A DNA stretch of 64,000 bases from the human T2T-CHM13v2.0 reference genome, Homo sapiens. The notes below the pieces were generated by a model. That model saw only the letters and a list, made by a program, of their open reading frames with translations, was not told the origin of the DNA and did no database searches. Made by a program: the position numbers and the translations under genes. Shown piece after piece: positions 30,801 to 45,379 of the stretch. Within the stretch, counting starts at the first letter, position 1, and each line of letters starts with the position of its first letter. Where the stretch lies: assembly GCF_009914755.1 (NCBI RefSeq), contig NC_060927.1; one strand, written 5' to 3'.

Positions 30801-33800
30801 AATATCAAAGTACACCAGATATATATTCTATAGTGTACATAAAATATCAAAGTACCCAAACTATACATTATATACTGTACATAAAATATGAAATTACATC
30901 AAATATATATTATATTAGGTACATAAAATATGAAAGTACATCAAATATAGATTATATACTGTACATTAAGTACCAAAGTACCCCAAATATGTATTTTATA
31001 CTGTACATGAAATATCAAAGTTCACAAACTATATATTATATACTGTACATAAAATATCAAAGTACCCAAGGTATATATTCTATACTGTACAAAAGATATC
31101 AAAGTACCCAAAGCATGTATTATATACTGTACATAAAATATGAAAGTACATCATATATATATTTTATTCTGTACATAAAATATTAAAGTACACCAGATAT
31201 ATATTCTATAGTGTACATAAAATATCAAAGTACCCAAACTATACATTATATACTGTACATAAAATATGAAATTACATCAAATATATATTAAGTACATAAA
31301 ATATGAAAGTACATCAAATATGGATTATATACTGTACATAAAATATCAATGTACACCAAATATATATTATATACTCTACATGAAATATCAAAGTTCACAA
31401 ACTATATATTGTATACTGTCCATAAAATATCAAAGTACCCAAGGTATATATTCTATACTGTACAAAAAATATCAAAGTACCCAAAGCATGTATTATATAC
31501 TGTACCTAAAATATGAAAGTACATCAAATATATATTTTATTCTGTACATAAAATATCAAAGTACACCAGATATATATTCTATAGTGTATATAAAATATCA
31601 AAGTACCCAAACTATACATTATGTACTGTACATAAAATATGAAATTACATCAAATATATATTATATTAGGTACATAAAATATGAAAGTACATCAAATATA
31701 GATTATATACTGTACATAAAATATCAAAGTACCCCGAATATATATTATATACTCTACATGAAATATCAAAGTTCACAAACTATATATTATATACTGTACA
31801 TAAAATATCAAAGTACCCAAGGTATATATTCTATACTGTACAAAAAATATCAAGGTACCCAAAGCATGTATTATATACTGTACATAAAATATGAAAGTAC
31901 ATCAAATATATATTTTATTCTGTACATAAAATATCAAAGTACACCAGATATATATTCTATAGTGTATATAAAATATCAAAGTACCCAAACTATACATTAT
32001 ATACTGTACATAAAATATGAAATTACATCAAATATATATTATATTAGGTACATAAAATATGAAAGTACATGAAGTATAGATTATATACTGTACATAAAAT
32101 ATCAAAGTACCCCAAATTTATATTATATACTATACATGAAATATCAAAGTTCACAAACTATATATTATATACTGTACATAAAATATCAAAGTACCCAAGG
32201 TATATATTCTATAGTGTACAAAAAATATCAAAGTACCCAAAGCATGTATTATATACCGTACATAAAATATAAAATTACATCAAATATATATTTTATTCTG
32301 TACATAAAATATCAAAGTACACCAGATATATATACTATAGTGTACATAAAATATCAAAGTACCCAAACTATATATTATACACTGTACATAAAATATGAAA
32401 TTACATCAAATATATATTAGGTACATAAAATATGAAAGTACATCAAATATAGATTATATACTGTAAATATAATATCAATGTACCCCAAATATATATTTTA
32501 TACTCTACATGAAATATCAAAGTTCACAAACCATATATTATATACTGTACATAAAATATCAAAGTACCCAAGGTATATATTCTATACTGTACAAAAAATA
32601 TCAAAGTACCCAAAGCATGTATTATATACTGTATATAAAATATGAAAGTACATCAAATATATATTTTATTCTGTACATAAAATATCAAAGTACACCAGAT
32701 ATATATTCTATAGTGTACATAAAATATCAAAGTACCCAAACTATACATTATATACTGTACATAAAATATGAAATTACATCAAATATATATTATATTAGGT
32801 ACATGAAATATGAAAGTACATCAAATATAGATTATATACTGTACATAAAATATGAAAGTACCCCAAATATATATTATATACTCTACATGAAATATCAAAG
32901 TTCACAAACTATATATTATATACTGTACATAAAATATCAAAGTACCCAAGGTATATATTCTATACTGTACAAAAAATATCAAAGTATCCAAAGCATGTAT
33001 TATATAGTGTATATAAAATATGAAATTACATCAAATATATATTTTATTCTGTACATAAAATATCAAAGTACACCAGATATATATTCTATAGTGTACATAA
33101 AATATCAAAGTACCCAAACTATACATTATATACTGTACATAAAATATGAAATTACAGCAAATATATATTATATTAGGTACATAAAATATGAAAGTACATC
33201 AAATATAGATTATATACTGTACATTAAATACCAAAGTACCCCAAATATATATTTTATACTGTACATGAAATATCAAAGTTCACAAACTATATATTATATA
33301 CTGTACATAAAATATCAATGTACCCAAGGTATATATTCTATACTGCACAAAAAATATCAAAGTACCCAAAGCATGTATTATATACTGCATATAAAATATG
33401 AAAGTACATCAAATGTATATTTTATTCTGTACATAAAATATCAAAGTACACCAGATATATATTCTATAGTGTACATAAAATAACAAAGTACACAAACTAT
33501 AAATTATATCCTGTACATAAAATATGAAATTACATCAAATATATAGTAGGTACATAAAATATGAAAGTACATCAAATATAGATTATATACTGTACATAAA
33601 ATATCAATGTACCCCAAATATATATTTTATACTCTACATGAAATATCAAAGTTCACAAACCATATATTATATACTGTACATAAAATATTAAATACCCAAG
33701 GTATATATTCTATACTATACAAAAAATATCAAAGTACCCAAAGCATGTATTATATACTGTACATAAAATATGAAAGTACATCAAATATATATTTTATTCT

Positions 33801-34342
33801 GTACATAAAATATCAAAGTACACTAGATATATATTCTATAGTGTACAAAAAATATCAAAATACCCAAACTATACATTATATACTGTACATAAAATATGAG
33901 ATTACATCAAATATATATTATATTAGGTACATAAAATATGAAAGTACATCAAATATAGATTATATACTGTACATAAAATATCAAAGTACCCCGAATATAT
34001 ATTATATACTCTACATGAAATATCAAAGTTCACAAACTATATATTATATACTGTACATAAAATATCAAAGTACCCAAGGTATATATTCTATACTGTACAA
34101 AAAATATCAAAGTACCCAAAGCATGTATTATATACTGTATATAAAATAAGAAAGTACATTAAATATATATTTTATTCTGTACATAAAATATCAAAGTACA
34201 CCAGATATATATTCTATAGTGTACATAAAATAACAAAGTACACAAACTATAAATTATATACTGTACATAAAATATGAAATTACATCAAATATATATTAGG
34301 TACATAAAATATGAAAGTACATCAAATATAGATTATATACTG
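27816..34342 (+). repeat. Copy 2 of the 27,815-bp-offset duplicated block
   Basis: Matches 1-6527. Differences noticed at 30790 (vs 2975) and 32373 (vs 4558). Identity ends at 34343 (tgaac vs tgtac at 6528). Confidence 0.92.
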
Positions 34343-37158
34343 AACATATAATATCAATGTACCCCAAATATATATTTGATACTCTACATGAAATATCAAA
34401 GTTCAGAAACCATACATTATATACTGTACATAAAATATCAAAGTACCCAAAGTATATATTCTATACTGTAGAAAAAATATCAAAGTACCCAAAGCATGTA
34501 TTATATACTGTACATAATATATGAAAGTACATCAAATATATATTTTATTCTGTACATAAAATATCAAAGTATAGGAAATATATATTCTATAGTGTACATA
34601 AAATATCAAAGTACCCAAACTATACATTATATACTGTACATAAAATATGAAATTACATCAAATATATATTAGGTACATAAAATATGAAAGTACATCAAAT
34701 ATAGATTATATACTGTACATAAAATATCAAAGTACCCCAAATATATATTATATACTCTACATGAAATATCAAAGTTCACAAACTATATATTATATACTGT
34801 ACATAAAATATCAAAGTACCCAAGGTATATATTCTATACTGTACAAAAAATATCAAGGTACCCAAAGCATGTATTATATACGGTACATAAAATATGAAAG
34901 TACATCAAATATATATTTTATTCTGTACATAAAATATCAAAGTACACCAGATATATATTCTATAGTGTACATAAAATAACAAAGTACCCAAACTATACAT
35001 TATATACTGTACATAAAATATGAAATTACATCAAATATATATTAGGTACATAAAATATGAAAGAACATCAAACATAGATTATATACTGTACAAAAAATAT
35101 CAAAGTACCCCAAATATATATTATATACTCTACATGAAATATCAAATTTCACAAACTATATATTATATACTGTACATAAAATATCAAAGTACCCAAGGTA
35201 TATATTCTATACTGTACAAAAAATATCAAAGTACCCAAAGCATGTATTATATACTGTATATAAAATATGAAAGTACATCAAATATATATTTTATTCTGTA
35301 CATAAAATATCAAAGTACACCAGATATATATTCTATAGTGTACATAAAATAACAAAGTACACAAACTATAAATTATATACTGTACATAAAATATGAAATT
35401 ACATCAAATATATATTAGGTACATAAAATATGAAAGTACATCAAATATAGATTATATACTGTACATATAATATCAATGTACCCGAAATATATATTTTATA
35501 CTCTACATGAAATATCAAAGTTCACAAACCATATATTATATACTGTGCATAAAATATCAAAGTACCCAAGGTATATATTCTATACTGTACAAAAAATATC
35601 AAAGTACCCAAAGCATGTATTATATACTGTACATAAAATATGAAATTACATCAAATATATATTTTATTCTGTACATAAAATATCAAAGTACACCAGATAT
35701 ATATTCTATAGTGTACATAAAATATCAAAGTACCCAAACTATACATTATATACTGTACATAAAATGTGAAATTACATCAAATATATATTATATTAGGTAC
35801 ATAAAATATGAAAGTACATCAAATATAGATTATATACTGTACATTAAATACCAATATACCCCAAATATATATTTTATACTGTACATGAAATATCAAAGTT
35901 CACACACTATATATTATATACTGTACATAAAATATCAAAGTACCCAAGGTATATATTCTATACTGTACAAAAAACATCAAAGTACCCAAAGCATGTATTA
36001 TATACTGTACATAAAATATGAAAGTACATCAAATATATATTTTATTCTGTACATAAAATATCAAAGTACACCAGATATATATTCTATAGTGTACATAAAA
36101 TATCAAAGTACCCAAACTATACATTATATACTGTACATAAAATATGAAATTACATCAAATATATATTATATTAGGTACATAAAATAAGAAAGTACATCAA
36201 ATATAGATTATATACTGTACATAAAATATCAAAGTACCCCAAATATATATTATATACTCTACATGAAATATCAAAGTTCACAAACTATATATTATATACT
36301 GTACATAAAATATCAAAGTACCCAAGGTATATATTCTATACTGTACAAAAAATATCAAAGTATCCAAAGCATGTTTTATATACTGTATATAAAATATGAA
36401 AGTACATTAAAGATATATTTTATTCTGTACATAAAATATCAAAATACACCAGACATATATTCTATAGTGTACATAAAATAACAAAGTACACAAATTATAA
36501 ATTATATACTGTACATAAAATATGAAATTACATCAAATATATATTATGTACATAAAATATGAACGTACATCAAATATAGATTATATACTGTACATATAAT
36601 ATCAATGTACCCCAAATATATATTTTATACTCTACATGAAATATCAAAGTTCACAAACCATACATTATATACTGTACATAAAATATCAAAGTACCCAAGT
36701 TATATATTCTATACTGTACAAAAGATATCAAAGTACCCAAAGCATGTATTATATACTGTATATAAAATATGAAAGTACATCAAATATATATTATATACTG
36801 TACATAAAATATCAAAGTACACCAGATATATATTTTATAGTGTACATAAAATATCAAAGTACCCAAACTATACATTATATACTGTACATAAAATATGAGA
36901 TTACATCAAATATATATTATATTAGGTACATAAAATATGAAAGTACATCAGATATAGATTATATACTGTACATAAAATATCAAAGTACCCCAAATATATA
37001 TTATATACTCTACATGAAATATCAAAGTTCACAAACTATATATTATATACTGTACATAAAATATCAAAGTACCCAAGGTATATATTCTATACTGTACAAA
37101 AAATATCTAAATACCCAAAGCATGTATTATATACTGTATATAAAATATGAAAATACAT
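33850..37158 (+). repeat. Copy 1 of ~3.3-kb block duplicated at +8221 bp (copy 2 about 42071-45379)
   Basis: ORF pairs 34647/42868, 35020/43241, 35507/43728, 36263/44484 and 36636/44857. Shared private variants: tgaacatat, tttgatac, gttcagaaac, gtataggaaat, aacatagat, aaatgtgaa. Confidence 0.88.
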
Positions 37159-40100
37159 CAAATATATATTTTATTCTGTACATAAAATATCAAAGTACAC
37201 CAGATATATATTCTATAGTGTACATAAAATATCAAAGTACCCAAACTATACATTATATACTGTACATAAAATATGAAATTACAGCAAATATATATTATAT
37301 TAGGTACATAAAATATGAAAGTACATCAAATATAGATTATATACTGTACATTAAATACCAAAGTACCCCAAATATATATTTTATACTGTACATGAAATAT
37401 CAAAGTTCACAAACTATATATTATATACTGTACATAAAATATCAATGTACCCAAGATATATATTCTATACTGCACAAAAAATATCAAAGTACCCAAAGCA
37501 TGTATTATATACTGTATATAAAATATGAAAGTACATCAAATATATATTTTATTCTGTACATAAAATATCAAAGTACACCAGATATATATTCTATAGTGTA
37601 CATAAAATATCAAAGTACCCAAACTATACATTATATACTGTACATAAAATATGAAATTACATCAAATATATATTATATTAGGTACATAAAATACGAAAGT
37701 ACATCAAATATAGATTATATACTGTACATAAAATATCAAAGTACCCCAATATATATTATATACTGTACATGAAATATCAAAGTTCACAAACTATATATTA
37801 TGTACTGTACATAAAATATCAAAGTACCCAAGGTATATATTCTATACTGTACAAAAAATATCAAAGTACCCAAAGCATGTATTATATAATGTACATAAAA
37901 TATGAAAGTACATCAAATATATATTTTATTCTGTACATAAAATATCAAAGAACACCAGATATATATTCTATAGTGTACATAAAATATCAAAGTACCCAAA
38001 CTATACATTATATACTGTACATAAAATATGAAATTACATCATATATATATTAGGTACATAAAATATGAAAGTACATCAAATATATATTTTATTCTGTACA
38101 TAAAATATCAAAGTACACCAGATATATATTCTATAGTGTACATAAAATAACAAAGTACACAAACTATAAATTATATACTGTACATAAAATATGAAATTAC
38201 ATCAAATATATATTAGGTACATAAAATATGAAAGTACATCAAATATAGATTTTATACTGTACATATAATATCAATGTACCTGAAATATATATTTTATACT
38301 CTACATGAAATATCAAAGTTCACAAACCATATATTGTATACTGCACATAAAATATCAAAATACCCAAGGTATATATTCTATACTGTACAAAAAATATCAA
38401 AGTACCCAAAGCAGGTATTATATACTGTACATAAAATATGAAAGTACATCAAATATATATTTTATTCTGTACATAAAATATCAAACTACACCAGATATAT
38501 ATTCTATAGTGTACATAAAATATCAAAGTACCCAAACTATACATTATATACTGTACATAAAATATGAAATTACATCAAATATATATTACATTAGGTACAT
38601 AAAATACGAAAGTACATGAAATATAGATTATATACTGTACATAAAATATCAAAGTACCCCAATATATATTATATACTGTACATGAAATATCAAAGTTCAC
38701 AAACTATATATTATATACTGTACATAAAATATCAAAGTACCCAAGGTATATATTCTATAGTGTACAAAAAATATCAAAGTACCCAAAGCCTGTATTATAT
38801 ACCGTACATAAAATATAAAATTACATCAAATATATATTTTATTCTGCACATAAAATATCAAAGTACACCAGATATATATACTATAGTGTACATAAAATAT
38901 CAAAGTACCCAAACTATACATTATACACTGTACATAAAATATGAAATTACATCAAATATATATTAGGTACATAAAATATGAAAGTACATCAAATATAGAT
39001 TATATACTGTAAATATAATATCAATGTACCCCAAATATATATTTTATACTCTACATGAAATATCAAAGTTCACAAACCATATATTATATACTGTACATAA
39101 AATATCAAAGTACCCAAGGTATATATTCTATACTGTACAAAAAATATCAAAGTACCCAAAGCATGTATTATATACTGTACATAAAATATGAAAGTACATC
39201 AAATATATATTTTATTCTGTACATAAAATATCAAAGTACACCAGATTTATATTCTATAGTGTATATAAAATATCAAAGTACCCAAACTATACATTATATA
39301 CTGTACATAAAATATGAAATTACATCAAATACATATTATATTAGGTACATGAAATATGAAAGTACATCAAATATAGATTATATACTGTACATAAAATATG
39401 AAAGTACCCCAAATATATATTATATACTCTACATGAAATATCAAAGTTCACCAACTATATATTATATACTGTACATAAAATATCAAAGTACCCAAGTTAT
39501 ATATTCTATACTGTACAAAAAATATCAAAGTATCCAAAGCATGTATTATATACTGTATATAAAATATGAAAGTACATCAAATATATATTTTATTCTGTAC
39601 ATAAAATATCAAAGTACACCAGATATATATTCTATAGTGTACATAAAATATCAAAGTACCCAAACTATACATTATATACTGTACATAAAATATGAAATTA
39701 CAGCAAATATATATTATATTAGGTACATAAAATATGAAAGTACATCAAATATAGATTATATACTGTACATTAAATACCAAAGTACCCCAAATATATATTT
39801 TATACTGTACATGAAATATCAAAGTTCACAAATTATATATTATATACTGTACATAAAATATCAATGTACCCAATGTATATATACTATACTGCACAAAAAA
39901 TATCAAAGTACCCCAAGCATGTATTATATACTGTATATAAAATATGAAAGTACATCAAATATATATTTTATTCTGTACATAAAATATCAAAGTACACCAG
40001 ATATATATTCTATAGTGTACATAAAATATCAAAGTACCCAAACTATACATTATATACTGTACATAAAATATGAAATTACATCAAATATATATTATATTAG

Positions 40101-42070
40101 GTACATAAAATACGAAAGTACATCAAATATAGATTATATACTGTACATAAAATATCAAAGTACCCCAATATATATTATATACTGTACATGAAATATCAAA
40201 GTTCACAAACTATATATTATGTACTGTACATAAAATATCAAAGTACCCAAGGTATATATTCTATACTGTACAAAAAATATCAAAGTACCCAAAGCATGTA
40301 TTATATAATGTACATAAAATATGAAAGTACATCAAATATATATTTTATTCTGTACATAAAATATCAAAGAACACCAGATATATATTCTATAGTGTACATA
40401 AAATATCAAAGTACCCAAACTATACATTATATACTGTACATAAAATATGAAATTACATCATATATATATTAGGTACATAAAATATGAAAGTACATCAAAT
40501 ATATATTTTATTCTGTACATAAAATATCAAAGTACACCAGATATATATTCTATAGTGTACATAAAATAACAAAGTACACAAACTATAAATTATATACTGT
40601 ACATAAAATATGAAATTACATCAAATATATATTAGGTACATAAAATATGAAAGTACATCAAATATAGATTATATACTGTACATATAATATCAATGTACCC
40701 GAAATATATATTTTATACTCTACATGAAATATCAAAGTTCACAAACCATATATTGTATACTGCACATAAAATATCAAAATACCCAAGGTATATATTCTAT
40801 ACTGTACAAAAAATATCAAAGTACCCAAAGCAGGTATTATATACTGTACATAAAATATGAAAGTACATCAAATATATATTTTATTCTGTACATAAAATAT
40901 CAGAGTACACCAGATATATATTCTATAGCGTACATAAAATATCAAAGTACACAAACTATACATTATATACTGTACATAAAATATGAAATTACATCAAATA
41001 TATATTATATTAGGTACATAAAATATGAAAGTACATCAAATATAGATTATATACTGTAAATATAATATCAATGTACCCCAAATATATATTTTATACTCTA
41101 CATGAAATATCAAAGTTCACAAACCATATATTATATACTGTACATAAAATATCAAAGTACCCAAGGTATATATTCTATACTGTACAAAAAATATCAAAGT
41201 ACCCAAAGCATGTATTATATACTGTACATAAAATATGAAAGTACATCAAATATATATTTTATTCTGTACATAAAATATCAAAGTACACCAGATATATATT
41301 CTATAGTGTACATAAAATATCAAAGTACCCAAACTATACATTATATACTGTACATAAAATATGAAATTACATCAAATATATATTATATTAGGTACATGAA
41401 ATATGAAAGTACATCAAATATAGATTATATACTGTACATAAAATATGAAAGTACCCCAAATATATATTATATACTCTACATGAAATATCAAAGTTCACAA
41501 ACTATATATTATATACTGTACATAAAATATCAAAGTACCCAAGGTATATATTCTATACTGTACAAAAAATATCAAAGTATCCAAAGCATGTGTTATATAC
41601 TGTATATAAAATATGAAAGTACATCAAATATATATTTTATTCTGTACATAAAATATCAAAGTACACCAGATATATATTCTATAGTGTACATAAAATATCA
41701 AAGTACCCAAACTATACATTATATACTGTACATAAAATATGAAATTACAGCAAATATATATTATATTAGGTACATAAAATATGAAAGTACATCAAATATA
41801 GATTATATACTCTACATTAAATACCAAAGTACCCCAAATATATATTTTATACTGTACATGAAATATCAAAGTTCACAAACTATATATTATATACTGTACA
41901 TAAAATATCAATGTACCCAAGGTATATATTCTATACTGCACAAAAAATATCAAAGTACCCAAAGCATGTATTATATACTGTATATAAAATATGAAAGTAC
42001 ATCAAATATATATTTTATTCTGTACATAAAATATCAAAGTACACCAGATATATATTCTATAGTGTACATA

Positions 42071-45000
42071 AAATATCAAAATACCCAAACTATACATTAT
42101 ATACTGTACATAAAATATGAGATTACATCAAATATATATTATATTAGGTACATAAAATATGAAAGTACATCAAATATAGATTATATACTGTACATAAAAT
42201 ATCAAAGTACCCCGAATATATATTATATACTCTACATGAAATGTCAAAGTTCACAAACTATATATTATATACTGTACATAAAATATCAAAGTACCCAAGG
42301 TATATATTCTATACTGTACAAAAAATATCAAAGTACCCAAAGCATGTATTATATACTGTATATAAAATAAGAAAGTACATTAAATATATATTTTATTCTG
42401 TACATAAAATATCAAAGTACACCAGATATATATTCTATAGTGTACATAAAATAACAAAGTACACAAACTATAAATTATATACTGTACATAAAATATGAAA
42501 TTACATCAAATATATATTAGGTACATAAAATATGAAAGTACATCAAATATAGATTATATACTGAACATATAATATCAATGTACCCCAAATATATATTTGA
42601 TACTCTACATGAAATATCAAAGTTCAGAAACCATACATTATATACTGTACATAAAATATCAAAGTACCCAAAGTATATATTCTATACTGTACAAAAAATA
42701 TCAAAGTACCCAAAGCATGTATTATATACTGTACATAATATATGAAAGTACATCAAATATATATTTTATTCTGTACATAAAATATCAAAGTATAGGAAAT
42801 ATATATTCTATAGTGTACATAAAATATCAAAGTACCCAAACTATACATTATATACTGTACATAAAATATGAAATTACATCAAATATATATTAGGTACATA
42901 AAATATGAAAGTACATCAAATATAGATTATATACTGTACATAAAATATCAAAGTACCCCAAATATATATTATATACTCTACATGAAATATCAAAGTTCAC
43001 AAACTATATATTATATACTGTACATAAAATATCAAAGTACCCAAGGTATATATTCTATACTGTACAAAAAATATCAAGGTACCCAAAGCATGTATTATAT
43101 ACTGTACATAAAATATGAAAGTACATCAAATATATATTTTATTCTGTACATAAAATATCAAAGTACACCAGATATATATTCTATAGTGTACATAAAATAA
43201 CAAAGTACCCAAACTATACATTACATACTGTACATAAAATATGAAATTACATCAAATATATATTAGGTACATAAAATATGAAAGAACATCAAACATAGAT
43301 TATATACTGTACAAAAAATATCAAAGTACCCCAAATATATATTATATACTCTACATGAAATATCAAATTTCACAAACTATATATTATATACTGTACATAA
43401 AATATCAAAGTACCCAAGGTATATATTCTATACTGTACAAAAAATATCAAAGTACCCAAAGCATGTATTATATACTGTATATAAAATATGAAAGTACATC
43501 AAATATATATTTTATTCTGTACATAAATTATCAAAGTACACCAGATATATATTCTATAGTGTACATAAAATAACAAAGTACACAAACTATAAATTATATA
43601 CTGTACATAAAATATGAAATTACATCAAATATATATTAGGTACATAAAATATGAAAGTACATCAAATATAGATTATATACTGTACATATAATATCAATGT
43701 ACCCGAAATATATATTTTATACTCTACATGAAATATCAAAGTTCACAAACCATATATTATATACTGTGCATAAAATATCAAAGTACCCAAGGTATATATT
43801 CTATACTGTACAAAAAATATCAAAGTACCCAAAGCATGTATTATATACTGTACATAAAATATGAAATTACATCAAATATATATTTTATTCTGTACATAAA
43901 ATATCAAAGTACACCAGATATATATTCTATAGTGTACATAAAATATCAAAGTACCCAAACTATACATTATATACTGTACATAAAATGTGAAATTACATCA
44001 AATATATATTATATTAGGTACATAAAATATGAAAGTACATCAAATATAGATTATATACTGTACATTAAATACCAATATACCCCAAATATATATTTTATAC
44101 TGTACATGAAATATCAAAGTTCACACACTATATATTATATACTGTACATAAAATATCAAAGTACCCAAGGTATATATTCTATACTGTACAAAAAACATCA
44201 AAGTACCCAAAGCATGTATTATATACTGTACATAAAATATGAAAGTACATCAAATATATATTTTATTCTGTACATAAAATATCAAAGTACACCAGATATA
44301 TATTCTACAGTGTACATAAAATATCAAAGTACCCAAACTATACATTATATACTGTACATAAAATATGAAATTACATCAAATATATATTATATTAGGTACA
44401 TAAAATAAGAAAGTACATCAAATATAGATTATATACTGTACATAAAATATCAAAGTACCCCAAATATATATTATATACTCTACATGAAATATCAAAGTTC
44501 AAAAACTATATATTATATACTGTACATAAAATATCAAAGTACCCAAGGTATATATTCTATACTGTACAAAAAATATCAAAGTATCCAAAGCATGTTTTAT
44601 ATACTGTATATAAAATATGAAAGTACATTAAAGATATATTTTATTCTGTACATAAAATATCAAAATACACCAGATATATATTCTATAGTGTACATAAAAT
44701 AACAAAGTACACAAACTATAAATTATATACTGTACATAAAATATGAAATTACATCAAATATATATTAGGTACATAAAATATGAAAGTACATCAAATATAG
44801 ATTATATACTGTACATATAATATCAATGTACCCCAAATATATATTTTATACTCTACATGAAATATCAAAGTTCACAAACCATACATTATATACTGTACAT
44901 AAAATATCAAAGTACCCAAGTTATATATTCTATACTGTACAAAAGATATCAAAGTACCCAAAGCATGTATTATATACTGTATATAAAATATGAAAGTACA

Positions 45001-45379
45001 TCAAATATATATTATATACTGTACATAAAATATCAAAGTACACCAGATATATATTTTATAGTGTACATAAAATAGCAAAGTACCCAAACTATACATTATA
45101 TACTGTACATAAAATATGAGATTACATCAAATATATATTATATTAGGTACATAAAATATGAAAGTACATCAGATATAGATTATATACTGTACATAAAATA
45201 TCAAAGTACCCCAAATATATATTATATACTCTACATGAAATATCAAAGTTCACAAACTATATATTATATACTGTACATAAAATATCAAAGTACCCAAGGT
45301 ATATATTCTATACTGTACAAAAAATATCAAAATACCCAAAGCATGTATTATATACTGTATATAAAATATGAAAATACAT
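42071..45379 (+). repeat. Copy 2 of the 8221-bp-offset block
   Basis: Same ORF offsets and private variants as 33850-37158. Confidence 0.88.
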
